A stretch of 64,000 bases of DNA, from NCBI GenBank assembly GCA_963787125.1, contig CAWBBV010000011.1, forward strand, positions 32,001 through 96,000. Reading direction: 5' to 3'. The stretch is from an uncultured delta proteobacterium. Lineage in GTDB: Bacteria > Desulfobacterota > Desulfuromonadia > Geobacterales > DSM-12255. A program made the position numbers and the translations under genes. Under the pieces are notes generated by a model, which saw nothing but the letters and a program-made list of their open reading frames with translations, searched no databases and was not told the DNA's origin. The first letter of the stretch is position 1, and every line of letters begins with the position of its first letter. Below are positions 32,797-42,563 of this stretch, piece by piece.

Positions 32797-32920
32797 ATGA
32801 CCGCAGAACAATTCATTGCTATCTGGAAAGACAACAAATTGACCGAGCGAGGCGGTGCTCTGGCTCATTTTGACGATCTCTGCGACCTGCTTGGCGTTGA
32901 CAAACCCCGCGACCCGGATA
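32797..32920 (+). pseudogene. N-terminal fragment of an MmeI-like DNA methyltransferase/restriction enzyme
   Basis: MTAEQFIAIWKDNKLTERGGALAHFDDLCDLLGVDKP resembles the N-terminus of this family (from recall); ORF ends after ~46 codons. Confidence 0.6.
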
Positions 32921-33244
32921 TACAAAGACGCCTATGAAGAAGCACAGCGCATAATCCGTATCAGTGATGAGGTGCGGATTTCTTTGGAAAGGGTTGAAGT
33001 CGGGGCTGAGGTTAAGCTTGCTGAGACGGAGGAAGCTTCGGACAAACTGACAACATCCAAGCTTGCGCAGAAGATGGGTGTCAAAACCAATGAGCTGATA
33101 GCAAAGCTGGTCGCAGCCGGTTTTATGGAGGCGCGCGATGGTAAGCATTTTCTTGCAGCCAAGGGCAAGGATGCCGAGGGAGAATTCCGTATGAGTCCCA
33201 AGTTCGGACCATATTTTTTATGGCCTGAAAGCTTCCGGCCTTGA
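32921..33244 (+). pseudogene. C-terminal fragment of a phospholipase D-family protein with HTH-like tail
   Basis: YKDAYEEAQRIIRISDEVRISLERV...KLTTSKLA...FGPYFLWP; no credible start codon (family from recall). Confidence 0.5.
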
Positions 33245-33509
33245 ACGAAGCGATAATAGCGCGGTTAGGATAATTGGTTATGGCACGGCACAGAAAAACA
33301 ATCCAGGCGGGAAATGTGTGATTGGTTGCGCAGGCGTAGCGAAAACCTTACCACCCCCGGCCCCTTCTAAAAAATATCGGGATCGTCTAGGCGTGAGAAA
33401 GTAGCTTCGGTCTAAAATGCCCCAAGGGATAAGACAGAAGTTTGCATTGAATCACGAAACGCGACATAGTACGTACATATTGATATAATACTCAAGGGGG
33501 ACAACGGTC

Positions 33510-33779
33510 ATGCCAACTATCTCAATGTTTTACGGTATCATCATCTACATGTTCTTTTATGATAACAAGAAACATTCCTTGCCGCATATTCATGCATCTT
33601 ATGGCGATGATGACGCAATTTATTCCATTGATGATGGCGAGCTGCTTGAAGGTAAATTCCCAAGAAACAAGCAAAAACTGGTGCAGGCATGGATAGAAAT
33701 TCACAAAGACGACTTGAGGGCCGACTGGCGCTTGGCGGTCAACGGACAGAACCCTCTACCGATCAAGCCATTGGAGTGA
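33510..33779 (+). CDS. DUF4160 domain protein (putative toxin)
   Basis: MPTISMFYGIIIYMFF...HSLPHIHASYG...LVQAWIEIH...IKPLE. Confidence 0.88.
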   Translation: MPTISMFYGIIIYMFFYDNKKHSLPHIHASYGDDDAIYSIDDGELLEGKFPRNKQKLVQAWIEIHKDDLRADWRLAVNGQNPLPIKPLE

Positions 33780-33781
33780 CT

Positions 33782-34024
33782 ATGAATAAGGTAATCTCCG
33801 TAAACCCGTTGGAAGATAAAAAAGTTGCCGTTGTTTTCTCGGACGGCAAGTCAGGGGTGTTTGACGTTGCTCCTTACATCAAAAGTGACTTCTTCAAGCA
33901 TCTGGATGATGATATCTATTTTAAGCAGGTCCGCTTGTTTTTCACCGGCATCGGATGGCCTGACGGTCAGGACCTCGGGCCGGATACAATAGCTCATGAT
34001 TTGCAACCGCAAGTAAACAACTGA
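33782..34024 (+). CDS. DUF2442 domain protein (putative antitoxin)
   Basis: ATG at 33782: VISVNPLED...VFSDGKSGVFD...IGWPDGQDLGPD. Confidence 0.85.
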   Translation: MNKVISVNPLEDKKVAVVFSDGKSGVFDVAPYIKSDFFKHLDDDIYFKQVRLFFTGIGWPDGQDLGPDTIAHDLQPQVNN

Positions 34025-34029
34025 GGGTT

Positions 34030-34080
34030 GCGATTGTGGAGGTTCAATATGTTGGCACACACGAAAAAGCACCCTACTGA
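34030..34080 (+). pseudogene. C-terminal remnant of a RelE-like toxin
   Basis: AIVEVQYVGTHEKAPY* matches the end of the intact toxin at 34652 (LVEITYVGTHEKAPY*). Confidence 0.75.
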
Positions 34081-34390
34081 GAATCTTGTTCCGATAAAAT
34101 TCATGGTACACCCTGCAAATGTCGCGTCTATTCAAAGCTATGTTGAAACGCTTGAAAACACAGAATCTATTCCATGGCGGGAAGTGGCGGCAAATAGAGG
34201 GAACATTCCCGCTTCGGTGCTCAGGGGGGCAAGAAACAAGGCAGAAATTACCCAGACGCAACTTTCAACCCTTACCGGCATTCCACAAAGACATATCAGT
34301 GAAATGGAGCAGGATAAAAGACCCATTGGCAAGGAAAGCGCCAAGAAACTGGCAGCAGCGTTAAACACGGATTATCGGGTTTTTTTGTAA
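34049..34390 (+). CDS. XRE-family HTH antitoxin (orphan)
   Basis: MLAHTKKHPTEN...LRGAR...TQTQLSTLTGIPQRHISEME...DYRVFL; paralog of 34899. Confidence 0.85.
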   Translation: MLAHTKKHPTENLVPIKFMVHPANVASIQSYVETLENTESIPWREVAANRGNIPASVLRGARNKAEITQTQLSTLTGIPQRHISEMEQDKRPIGKESAKKLAAALNTDYRVFL

Positions 34391-34411
34391 GGTTTTGAAT
34401 TGTTAACAAAT

Positions 34412-34492
34412 CCGCACGGTGTCTATTTGAAAGGGATTCGTTATCGGGAAGAGCTTACACAAGAGCAACTCTCCGAACTCGAATCATGGTAA
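34412..34492 (+). pseudogene. Fragment of a third XRE antitoxin
   Basis: PHGVYLKGIRYREELTQEQLSEL aligns with PLGLALRGARGREGLTQAQLAEV of 34899. Confidence 0.65.
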
Positions 34493-34651
34493 ACCACTTC
34501 ATAATCTCTTGTATTCAGGCACTTAAACGATTATATTTGCCCCGTCAAAGATGTCAGAAAATAGGTTTTGAGTGATTTTCGCCGTACAGCGCCAATCTCC
34601 TTCAAAATTGAGTTTTGCAACTTTCCATTTATACATAAATAAGGTATATTG

Positions 34652-34930
34652 ATGCAGTGGATAGTGAAGCTGACGCGGAAGGCTGACAAGCAGAAGGAGA
34701 GGCTGCCGGAGAGAGTGAAAGAAGCCCTTCTCTTTCTGCTGCACGAAATCAGCAGATGCGGCCCTGTCAGGGGCGACTGGATGAATTACGGCAAGCTTTC
34801 ACCGGGTCGTCATCATTGCCATCTTAAAAAAGGGCAGCCAACTTATGTGGCTGTCTGGGAAGAGATTGGCGGAGAAATCAGACTTGTGGAGATAACTTAT
34901 GTTGGGACACACGAAAAAGCCCCATACTGA
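34652..34930 (+). CDS. RelE/ParE-like toxin
   Basis: WIVKLTRKADKQ..LP...HHCHLKKG...YVGTHEKAPY; overlaps the downstream XRE gene. Confidence 0.8.
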   Translation: MQWIVKLTRKADKQKERLPERVKEALLFLLHEISRCGPVRGDWMNYGKLSPGRHHCHLKKGQPTYVAVWEEIGGEIRLVEITYVGTHEKAPY

Positions 34931-35255
34931 AAATCCTCTGGAAGCAAGATTTATCGGCAACGGGGAAAAAATTGGCAAGCTGAAGGATTATGCAAAGAGA
35001 ATCGGCTTGCAGGACACATCAGACTCGGTGAGTATTGCCGAGGCTTTCCCTGAATATTTTGCTAATCCACTCGGACTTGCCCTGCGTGGCGCAAGGGGCA
35101 GAGAGGGTTTGACCCAGGCACAGCTTGCCGAGGTTACCGGGATACCGCAACGGCACATAAGCGAGATGGAGAACGGTAAACGGCAGATTGGCAGAGAGAG
35201 GGCTAAAAAGATTGCTGAAGCTCTTCATGTTGCTGATTACAGGGTTTTTCTTTAA
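34899..35255 (+). CDS. XRE-family HTH antitoxin
   Basis: LRGARGREGLTQAQLAEVTGIPQRHISEMENGKR. Confidence 0.88.
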   Translation: MLGHTKKPHTENPLEARFIGNGEKIGKLKDYAKRIGLQDTSDSVSIAEAFPEYFANPLGLALRGARGREGLTQAQLAEVTGIPQRHISEMENGKRQIGRERAKKIAEALHVADYRVFL

Positions 35256-35282
35256 AGCTGACAACAGACTACAGGTGCAAAT

Positions 35283-35858
35283 ATGCTCTTGATGATTGAT
35301 AACTACGACTCCTTTACCTACAACATCGTCCAGTATTTTGGTGAACTGGGTGAAGAGGTGCAGGTTTTCCGCAATGACCGGATCACCATCGAGGAGATAG
35401 AGCGCCTGAATCCAGCCCGTCTCGTTATCTCCCCAGGGCCCTGTTCTCCTGAAGAGGCAGGCATCTCGGTTGCTGCCATCCGCCACTTTGCCGGCAAAAT
35501 TCCGCTCCTGGGTGTCTGTCTTGGCCATCAGTCGATCGGCGTCGCTTTCGGTGGCAAAGTTGTCAGAAGCGCCACCCTGATGCACGGCAAGACCTCGCCG
35601 ATTCATCATGACGGAAAAGGGCTCTTTGCCGGGCTCCCGACCCCTTTCAATGCCACCCGCTATCATTCACTCATTGTCGAAAAAGCATCGCTGCCGGAGG
35701 AGCTTCAGATCACCGCCTGGGTAGAGGAAGGGGAGATTATGGGCCTGCAGCACCGGACGCTGCCGGTCTGGGGGGTGCAGTTCCATCCCGAATCGATCCT
35801 GACTGAGGGTGGGATGGCGATTTTGAAGAACTTCTTGGAGATGGGCAACAGAAAGTGA
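35283..35858 (+). CDS. trpG: Anthranilate synthase component II (glutamine amidotransferase)
   Basis: [33 protein letters not shown]. Confidence 0.95.
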   Translation: MLLMIDNYDSFTYNIVQYFGELGEEVQVFRNDRITIEEIERLNPARLVISPGPCSPEEAGISVAAIRHFAGKIPLLGVCLGHQSIGVAFGGKVVRSATLMHGKTSPIHHDGKGLFAGLPTPFNATRYHSLIVEKASLPEELQITAWVEEGEIMGLQHRTLPVWGVQFHPESILTEGGMAILKNFLEMGNRK

Positions 35859-35875
35859 AAAGCTAAAGGCTTTTA

Positions 35876-35984
35876 CCACGGATTACACGGATTTTCACGG
35901 ATAAAACCGGAAAAACCTGATGCTGTGGGAGAAAAGATTTCGAAGTTATCCGCCTTTATCCGTGTCATCCGTGTCATCCGTGGC
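35876..35984. repeat. CACGGAT/ATCCGTG inverted repeat element, copy 1
   Basis: ccacggattacacggattttcacggat ... atccgcctttatccgtgtcatccgtgtcatccgtggc. Confidence 0.9.
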
Positions 35985-36018
35985 TAATGATTTAAAGGCA
36001 CTTTTTTGGAGTTTGTAA

Positions 36019-37071
36019 ATGATTAAAAAGGCTATTGCAAGGGTTGTCGAGAATTTGAACCTCTCCGAAGGGGAGATGATCGAGGTGATGGAACAGATCA
36101 TGTCCGGCGGAGCTACCCAGGCGCAGATCGGCGCATTTATCACCGCCTTGCGGATGAAAGGTGAGACGATTGACGAAATCACCGGCGCCGCCAGGGTGAT
36201 GCGGGAGAGAGCAACGCCGATACGGGTTGGCCGCGGCGTGCTCGACATCGACCGCGACGATATCAACATCGACCAGGAAACGATTCTCGATGTTGTCGGC
36301 ACCGGCGGAGATGGCACCAACAGCTTCAATGTTTCCACAACAGTCGCCTTTGTCGTCTCTGCCTGCGGTGTCAAGGTCGCCAAGCACGGCAACCGCTCTG
36401 TCTCATCCCTCTGCGGCAGCGCCGATGTCCTCGAAAAACTCGGGGTGAATCTCGATGTCAATCCGGAAAAAGTTGAGCAGTGCATCCGGGAGATCGGCAT
36501 TGGTTTTCTCTTTGCGCCTGCCCTGCACGGCGCTATGAAGCATGCCATCGGCCCGCGGCGCGAGATCGGCATCAGAACAATTTTCAACATCCTCGGTCCC
36601 CTTACCAATCCTGCCGGCGCTGAATGCCAGGTGCTGGGGGTCTATTCAGAGCAGCTCGTAGAAAAGCTTGCCCATGTCCTTCACAAGCTCGGTTGCCGCC
36701 GTGGTTTCGTCGTTCACGGCATTGACGGCATGGATGAGGTGACTCTGACTGCCGCTACCAGTATTGCCGAGGTTACCCCTGCCGGTGTCAAAATCTCCCT
36801 GTTCACACCCGAGGAACTGGGCTTCGATTTCTGCACCATGAAGGCTCTTCGTGGTGGCAATGCCGACGAGAATGCTCTTATTGTAAAGTCTGTGCTGTCA
36901 GGTGAAACGGGGGCTCGCAGGGATATAGTGCTGATAAATGCAGCCTTCGGGCTGGTTGCCGCAGGCAGGGCTCCGTCACTGCAGGCAGGGGTGACTCTTG
37001 CAGAAGAGGCTATAGATTCCGGCAGGGCAATGCAGCAGCTTGAAAAGCTGGCCAAGATGACGAACTGTTGA
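36019..37071 (+). CDS. trpD: Anthranilate phosphoribosyltransferase
   Basis: [41 protein letters not shown]. Confidence 0.97.
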   Translation: MIKKAIARVVENLNLSEGEMIEVMEQIMSGGATQAQIGAFITALRMKGETIDEITGAARVMRERATPIRVGRGVLDIDRDDINIDQETILDVVGTGGDGTNSFNVSTTVAFVVSACGVKVAKHGNRSVSSLCGSADVLEKLGVNLDVNPEKVEQCIREIGIGFLFAPALHGAMKHAIGPRREIGIRTIFNILGPLTNPAGAECQVLGVYSEQLVEKLAHVLHKLGCRRGFVVHGIDGMDEVTLTAATSIAEVTPAGVKISLFTPEELGFDFCTMKALRGGNADENALIVKSVLSGETGARRDIVLINAAFGLVAAGRAPSLQAGVTLAEEAIDSGRAMQQLEKLAKMTNC

Positions 37072-37081
37072 TGGAGCGAGA

Positions 37082-37885
37082 ATGACCGACACCCCAGATA
37101 TCCTGAAAAAAATAGTTGCTCACAAGCGCGAAGAGGTGGCAGCGGCAAAAGTCGCCCAGCCGCTCAGTGAGATGATTGCCAGGCTTGCTGATCGCGAAGA
37201 TCAGCCGCGCGGTTTCGAGCGTGCCCTGCGGAATGCCGCCCAATCCGGCTGGACAGCTATCATAGCCGAAGTAAAAAAAGGCTCGCCCAGCAAGGGTCTT
37301 ATCCGCCCCGACTTCGATCCGCTCGCTATAGCCGGCATCTATCAGGAACATGGTGCAACCTGCATCTCGGTTTTGACTGATGAGAAGTTTTTCCTCGGCC
37401 ATCTGCGCTACCTTGCCCTGATTCGTGAGCAGGTGGCACTGCCGCTGCTCCGTAAGGATTTCATCTTTGACCCTTATCAGGTGTACGAGGCTGCCGCCGG
37501 TGGCGCCGATGCAATCCTGCTGATTGCGGCCATGCTTGATCTGCCGCAACTCAAAGATCTGCACTCTCTGGCTAAAGAGCTTTATCTGGATGTGCTGCTG
37601 GAAGTGCATGACGAGCGTGAACTGGAACTGGCGCTGGCAACCGACTGCCGTCTCATCGGCATAAATAACCGCAGCCTGCACACCTTTGCGACCGACCTTG
37701 CCGCTACTGAAAGGCTTGCAAAGCTGATCCCGTCTGACCGGCTGATTGTGGCTGAAAGCGGTATCAACTGCCGGGCAGATCTGGAACGTCTCCAGGCAGT
37801 CGGTGCCGGTGCCTTCCTGGTGGGAGAGTCACTGATGCGGGAAGAGGATATCGGGGCAAAATTGCAGGAGCTCTTAGTAAGTTAG
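37082..37885 (+). CDS. trpC: Indole-3-glycerol phosphate synthase
   Basis: IAEVKKGSPSKG, ISVLTD, LRKDF, GINNR, AESGI, LVGESLM. Confidence 0.97.
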   Translation: MTDTPDILKKIVAHKREEVAAAKVAQPLSEMIARLADREDQPRGFERALRNAAQSGWTAIIAEVKKGSPSKGLIRPDFDPLAIAGIYQEHGATCISVLTDEKFFLGHLRYLALIREQVALPLLRKDFIFDPYQVYEAAAGGADAILLIAAMLDLPQLKDLHSLAKELYLDVLLEVHDERELELALATDCRLIGINNRSLHTFATDLAATERLAKLIPSDRLIVAESGINCRADLERLQAVGAGAFLVGESLMREEDIGAKLQELLVS

Positions 37886-37980
37886 AAGTTATTTTCTGCA
37901 CTTTTCCGGCAGAAAATAACTTCGTTAACGCACTTATCCAGTTTATCTGGGCTAGGGTGAAAAGCGAAGTCCGAAAACCA

Positions 37981-38102
37981 TTAGCCACGGATTTCACGGA
38001 TTTTCACGGATAAATTCTGAAAACCCTGACTCTCACAGAGAAAGGCAAAAGCGTTTAAAGATTTTCAAGTTATCCGCCTTCATCCGTGTCATCCGTGGCC
38101 AA
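37981..38102. repeat. CACGGAT/ATCCGTG inverted repeat element, copy 2
   Basis: ttagccacggatttcacggattttcacggat ... atccgccttcatccgtgtcatccgtggccaa. Confidence 0.9.
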
Positions 38103-38162
38103 AGTTTTTGACTTGAACGAATTTTCAGTTTAACTACGATCAACATTTTTCAGGAGGTCTAC

Positions 38163-39518
38163 ATGCAGACAAAAATTCTTCTCGATGAATCCAGGATTCC
38201 CAAGCAGTGGTACAACATTATTCCCGATATGCCGGGGCCGCTGTCGCCGGTTATCCATCCCGGTACCCTTCAGCCGGTTACGCCGGACGACCTGTTGCCG
38301 CTCTTCCCCATGGGACTGATCGAACAGGAGGTGTCAACCCAGCGCTGGATTGATATCCCTGAAGAGGTTCGTGAAATTTACCGTCTCTGGCGGCCCGCAC
38401 CGCTCTTCCGGGCTCATCGGCTGGAAAAGGCGCTCGGCACCCCGGCAAAGATCTACTACAAATATGAGGGTGGCTCTCCGGCCGGTTCTCATAAACCGAA
38501 TACTGCCATTCCCCAGGCCTATTACAACAAGATTTTCGGCACAAAAAGGATAGCCACCGAGACCGGCGCCGGCCAGTGGGGCACATCAATGGCGCTCGCC
38601 TGCCAGATGTTCGGACTTGAATGTACCGTCTACATGGTAAAGGTGTCGTTCAACCAGAAACCTTACCGTAAAAGCATGATGCAGCTCTGGGGCGCGGAAG
38701 TGATCCCGTCTCCCTCCGATCGCACCAATGCCGGTCGCTCGATTCTGGCACAATTTCCCGACAGTAACGGTTCGCTCGGTATCGCCATCAGTGAAGCGGT
38801 AGAAGATGCCGCCTCAAGAGAGGACACCCGCTACGCCCTTGGCAGCGTCCTCAATCACGTCTGCCTCCATCAGACAGTTATCGGCATAGAGGCAAAAGAG
38901 CAGCTTGCCATTGTTGGTGACTATCCGGATGTCGTCATCGGCTGCCATGGCGGCGGTTCGAATTTTGCCGGGATTGCCTTCCCGTTTGCGGCTGACAAGG
39001 CCGCCGGTAAGAACATCCGCCTCGTTGCTGTCGAGCCGTCGAGTTGCCCGACCCTGACAAAAGGTGTCTACGAATTCGACTACGGCGATACCGCCAAAAT
39101 GGCGCCGATCTCACGGATGTACACCCTCGGCCATGACTTTATGCCCCCCGGTATTCATGCCGGTGGACTCAGATATCACGGGGCTTCGCCGCTGGTGTCC
39201 CAGCTCGTCAATGCCGGCATTGTAGAAGCACGGTCTGTCGGTCAGAAAGGTTGCTTTGAAGCTGCGGTGCAGTTCTCCTGCTGCGAAGGGATTATTCCCG
39301 CGCCTGAATCCTCCCACGCCATCAGAGGGGCTATTGACGAGGCCCTGCAGGCCAAGGAAGAGGGCAAGGAGAAGACCATTCTTTTCTGCCTCTCCGGTCA
39401 CGGGCATGTGGATATGGCGGCCTATGACGCCTATTTTGGCGGTCAGCTTGAGGATTACGATTATCCGGCGGAAGCGATTAAAGAATCACTGGCCCATCTG
39501 CCGAAAGTCAATTTTTAG
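38163..39518 (+). CDS. TrpB-like PLP-dependent enzyme (TrpB2)
   Basis: [41 protein letters not shown]; 451 aa. Confidence 0.93.
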   Translation: MQTKILLDESRIPKQWYNIIPDMPGPLSPVIHPGTLQPVTPDDLLPLFPMGLIEQEVSTQRWIDIPEEVREIYRLWRPAPLFRAHRLEKALGTPAKIYYKYEGGSPAGSHKPNTAIPQAYYNKIFGTKRIATETGAGQWGTSMALACQMFGLECTVYMVKVSFNQKPYRKSMMQLWGAEVIPSPSDRTNAGRSILAQFPDSNGSLGIAISEAVEDAASREDTRYALGSVLNHVCLHQTVIGIEAKEQLAIVGDYPDVVIGCHGGGSNFAGIAFPFAADKAAGKNIRLVAVEPSSCPTLTKGVYEFDYGDTAKMAPISRMYTLGHDFMPPGIHAGGLRYHGASPLVSQLVNAGIVEARSVGQKGCFEAAVQFSCCEGIIPAPESSHAIRGAIDEALQAKEEGKEKTILFCLSGHGHVDMAAYDAYFGGQLEDYDYPAEAIKESLAHLPKVNF

Positions 39519-39534
39519 GGGTATAACAAATCTT

Positions 39535-39642
39535 TTGCCACGGATGACACGGATTTACACGGATAAAACATGAAAACCTTCTTTAGGGTTAAACCTGAAG
39601 GCTTGACTTTTATCCGCCTTTATCCGTGTCATCCGTGGCTAA
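39535..39642. repeat. CACGGAT/ATCCGTG inverted repeat element, copy 3
   Basis: ttgccacggatgacacggatttacacggat ... atccgcctttatccgtgtcatccgtggctaa. Confidence 0.9.
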
Positions 39643-39668
39643 TGCTTTCAGCCTTTCATTTCTAACAG

Positions 39669-40289
39669 GTGTCTAAAATGGTCAAAGTCAAAATTTGCGG
39701 CATAACAAATCCTGAAGATGCCCGTGCAGTGGTCGATGCCGGGGCAGATGCGATTGGCTTTGTTTTTTATGAGCGATCGCCCCGCTGCATCAATCCGGCG
39801 CTTGCCGCCAAAATAATCGCAACACTACCCCCTTTTGTGCAGACAGTCGGGCTCTTTGTCAACGAGGAGACTGAAAAGATCAACTGGACTGCCGACTATT
39901 GCGGGCTTGACGTTGTGCAACTCCACGGCAACGAGACTCCGGAGGATTGCCTTGAGATAAATCGCCGGGTCATCAAGGCATTCAGAGTTCAGAATATTAT
40001 CAGCATTGACCCGCTTAAAAATTATCAGGTTTCAGGTTTTTTGCTCGATGCCTGGTCACCGGACGCCTACGGCGGCACTGGCAGAACGTTCAACTGGGAA
40101 CTTGCCGAAGCGGCCAAACAGTACGGTCCGATCATCCTTGCCGGCGGGCTGTTGCCGGAGAATATCGCCAGTGCCATAAGAATTGTTAATCCGTATGGTG
40201 TTGATGTGTCAAGCGGGGTAGAGTCTGCCCTGGCCAAGAAGGATGCCGGCAAAGTGAGAGAGTTTATCAAGCTGGCAAAAGGATTGTAA
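39669..40289 (+). CDS. trpF: Phosphoribosylanthranilate isomerase (start may be ATG 39678)
   Basis: [34 protein letters not shown]. Confidence 0.96.
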   Translation: MSKMVKVKICGITNPEDARAVVDAGADAIGFVFYERSPRCINPALAAKIIATLPPFVQTVGLFVNEETEKINWTADYCGLDVVQLHGNETPEDCLEINRRVIKAFRVQNIISIDPLKNYQVSGFLLDAWSPDAYGGTGRTFNWELAEAAKQYGPIILAGGLLPENIASAIRIVNPYGVDVSSGVESALAKKDAGKVREFIKLAKGL

Positions 40290-40291
40290 TC

Positions 40292-41482
40292 ATGACTTAC
40301 CCTGATAAAAACGGCCATTTCGGCCAGTTTGGCGGCAGATATGTTTCCGAGACTCTGATGCCGGCGCTTTTGGAGCTGGAACAGGCTTATAAAAAATACA
40401 AGCGCGATCCGGAGTTCAAGGCGGAGCTGGCTTATTATCTCAAGCAGTATGTCGGTCGGCCGAATCCACTCTATTTTGCCGAGAAACTGACAAAAAAACT
40501 CGGCGGTGCCAGGATCTATCTGAAGCGCGAAGACCTTAACCACACCGGCGCCCATAAAATCAACAATACGGTCGGTCAGGGACTCTTGGCGAAAAGGATG
40601 GGGAAGCACCGCGTCATTGCCGAGACCGGTGCCGGGCAGCATGGCGTTGCCACAGCCACCATCGCGGCGCTCATGGGGATGGAATGTGAAGTGTTCATGG
40701 GGGCGGAGGATATTCAGCGCCAGTCCCTCAACGTCTTCCGGATGAAACTTCTCGGCGCAACCGTCACCCCGGTATCCTCAGGGACAGCAACCCTCAAGGA
40801 CGCCATGAATGAAGCGCTGCGGAACTGGGTGGCCCGTGTTCGTGACACCTTCTACGTCATCGGCACTGTGGCCGGACCTCACCCCTACCCGGTGATGGTG
40901 CGTGATTTTCAGACAATCATCGGCAAAGAGGCACGCAGGCAGCATCTGGCGATTGAGGGGAAACTCCCTGATGTGCTGGTGGCAGCCGTCGGCGGAGGGA
41001 GTAATGCCCTTGGCCTGTTTTATCCGTTCATGAAGGACAGTTCCGTGCGCATGGTTGGCGTCGAAGCGTCCGGCTACGGGATACCCTCCGGGCGTCATGC
41101 AGCGCCGCTCTGTGCCGGCACTGTCGGTGTCCTCCACGGCAACAAGACCTATCTGCTCCAGGATGAAGACGGGCAGATCGCCCATGCCCATTCGATCTCC
41201 GCCGGTCTGGATTACCCCGGCGTCGGCCCTGAACATGCCTGGCTCAAAGATTCAGGCCGTGCCGAGTATGTCTCAATAACCGATGACGAAGCGCTGGAAG
41301 GATTTCGGGCCTTGACCGGTGAAGAAGGGATCATTCCGGCTCTGGAATCGTCCCACGCCATTGCCCATGTGCTGAAACTGGCACCGACAATGTCCCCGCA
41401 GCAGAGCATTGTTGTCTGCCTGTCCGGGCGGGGTGACAAAGATATGCATACCGTGGCAAAATTGATGGGAGTTGAGCTGTAA
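40292..41482 (+). CDS. trpB: Tryptophan synthase beta chain
   Basis: [51 protein letters not shown]. Confidence 0.98.
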   Translation: MTYPDKNGHFGQFGGRYVSETLMPALLELEQAYKKYKRDPEFKAELAYYLKQYVGRPNPLYFAEKLTKKLGGARIYLKREDLNHTGAHKINNTVGQGLLAKRMGKHRVIAETGAGQHGVATATIAALMGMECEVFMGAEDIQRQSLNVFRMKLLGATVTPVSSGTATLKDAMNEALRNWVARVRDTFYVIGTVAGPHPYPVMVRDFQTIIGKEARRQHLAIEGKLPDVLVAAVGGGSNALGLFYPFMKDSSVRMVGVEASGYGIPSGRHAAPLCAGTVGVLHGNKTYLLQDEDGQIAHAHSISAGLDYPGVGPEHAWLKDSGRAEYVSITDDEALEGFRALTGEEGIIPALESSHAIAHVLKLAPTMSPQQSIVVCLSGRGDKDMHTVAKLMGVEL

Positions 41483-41622
41483 CTGGTGTCAATCAGATTA
41501 GATGACTCCTGTGTATCGCCAGAAAAGTTCAGCGCCTCAGTGACTCAAATGTATTTTAATGAGTTAAGCCTCTTCCGCCTGAGAATTATTCTTCATACAA
41601 ACCTTATATAAATCAAATAAAG

Positions 41623-41639
41623 CTGGCTTTTAAACTGCC
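41623..41639 (+). promoter_or_regulatory. Possible sigma54 -24/-12 promoter
   Basis: cTGGCttttaaacTGCc has GG-N10-GC spacing ~25 nt upstream of the riboswitch; otherwise a weak match. Confidence 0.3.
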
Positions 41640-41661
41640 GTTTCATTATAAAAGTTAAGCA

Positions 41662-41749
41662 AATCTCCAACAAGAGCAAAACCGGGATAACCCGGTGACG
41701 CAGAACTGCGGGTCCTGAAAATGGATAGCCGGGTCGCCGAAGAGAGAAT
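41662..41749 (+). ncRNA. GEMM-I (c-di-GMP-I family) riboswitch, A20 variant suggesting 3',3'-cGAMP
   Basis: caagAgcaaa-ACCGGG ataa CCCGGT-gacgcagaa-ctgcgggtcc...ggatagccggg-tcgccgaa matches the GEMM-I P2/P3 layout; lies in the 5' leader of the operon. Confidence 0.85.
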
Positions 41750-41880
41750 CACCTGCTCACAGCCGCTGTGCAGTCACCCCTCTGCTCGAAGCCCCTTTAC
41801 GTCCGAATTCACTCCTTTTCTCAATTCACACCGATCAAGTCAGTAAAATTCATTATCATCATCACCATCAGGAGGATTTT

Positions 41881-42390
41881 ATGTTGAGAACGATTTTTCG
41901 TTGCACTATGGCCTCATCTCTGGTAGCGCTCCTCAGCTTGTCAGCTCTGGCTGCTGACACGGGGGATGTCACTACCGAGCTTACTCATCGCAAAGTCAGC
42001 ATCGCTGCCAACGGCAAGGAACTGCTCAGCAGTGCCGACAAGGCCCTGCCAGGCGACGTGATCGAGTACAAGACAGTTTACCGCAACAAAGGGAAAAAAC
42101 TGTTGAAGAGCTTCGTGGCTAACCTGCCGGTTCCTAAAGGGATGGAGTTCGTTCCAGGAAGCGCCAGACCGACCGAGGTACTGGCGACCGTTGACGGCAC
42201 AAGTTACGCGCCTGTGCCTCTCAAAAAGAAAGTGAAACTTGCTAACGGCAAAGAAGAGCTGAAGGAGATCCCGCCGGCTGAATATCGGGCACTGCGCTGG
42301 AACCTGAATGAACTTGCCGCCGGCAAAAGTCTTACAACCAGCGCCCGGATGAAAATCGGTAGCAATGAAGCTCCATCCGGCAAAAAATAG
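41881..42390 (+). CDS. Small exported protein with a single incomplete DUF11-like domain
   Basis: Signal peptide (ALA|A); ALPGDVIEYKTVYRNKG...PVPKGMEFVPGSA...LRWNLNELAAGKS; AGGAGG RBS. Confidence 0.8.
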   Translation: MLRTIFRCTMASSLVALLSLSALAADTGDVTTELTHRKVSIAANGKELLSSADKALPGDVIEYKTVYRNKGKKLLKSFVANLPVPKGMEFVPGSARPTEVLATVDGTSYAPVPLKKKVKLANGKEELKEIPPAEYRALRWNLNELAAGKSLTTSARMKIGSNEAPSGKK

Positions 42391-42563
42391 CCCTGCTCAT
42401 CTGGCTTGCCTATCAATGCGTTTAATTCATTCACTTAAAATACCTCAACCAAGAAAAATATTAATTCGGAAAGGAGAAAGATGAAAGAAACGAATGCTGA
42501 CAGTTACATTCACCCTCAGAGACACGCAGTTAACCATCGTTCCCACAAAAGGAGGAACCATCA

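Noticed and set aside
35876..39642. CACGGAT tandem units as a CRISPR array
   Set aside because: Units are 9-10 nt, inverted around a spacer, with no 25-40-nt repeat/unique-spacer periodicity and no cas genes.
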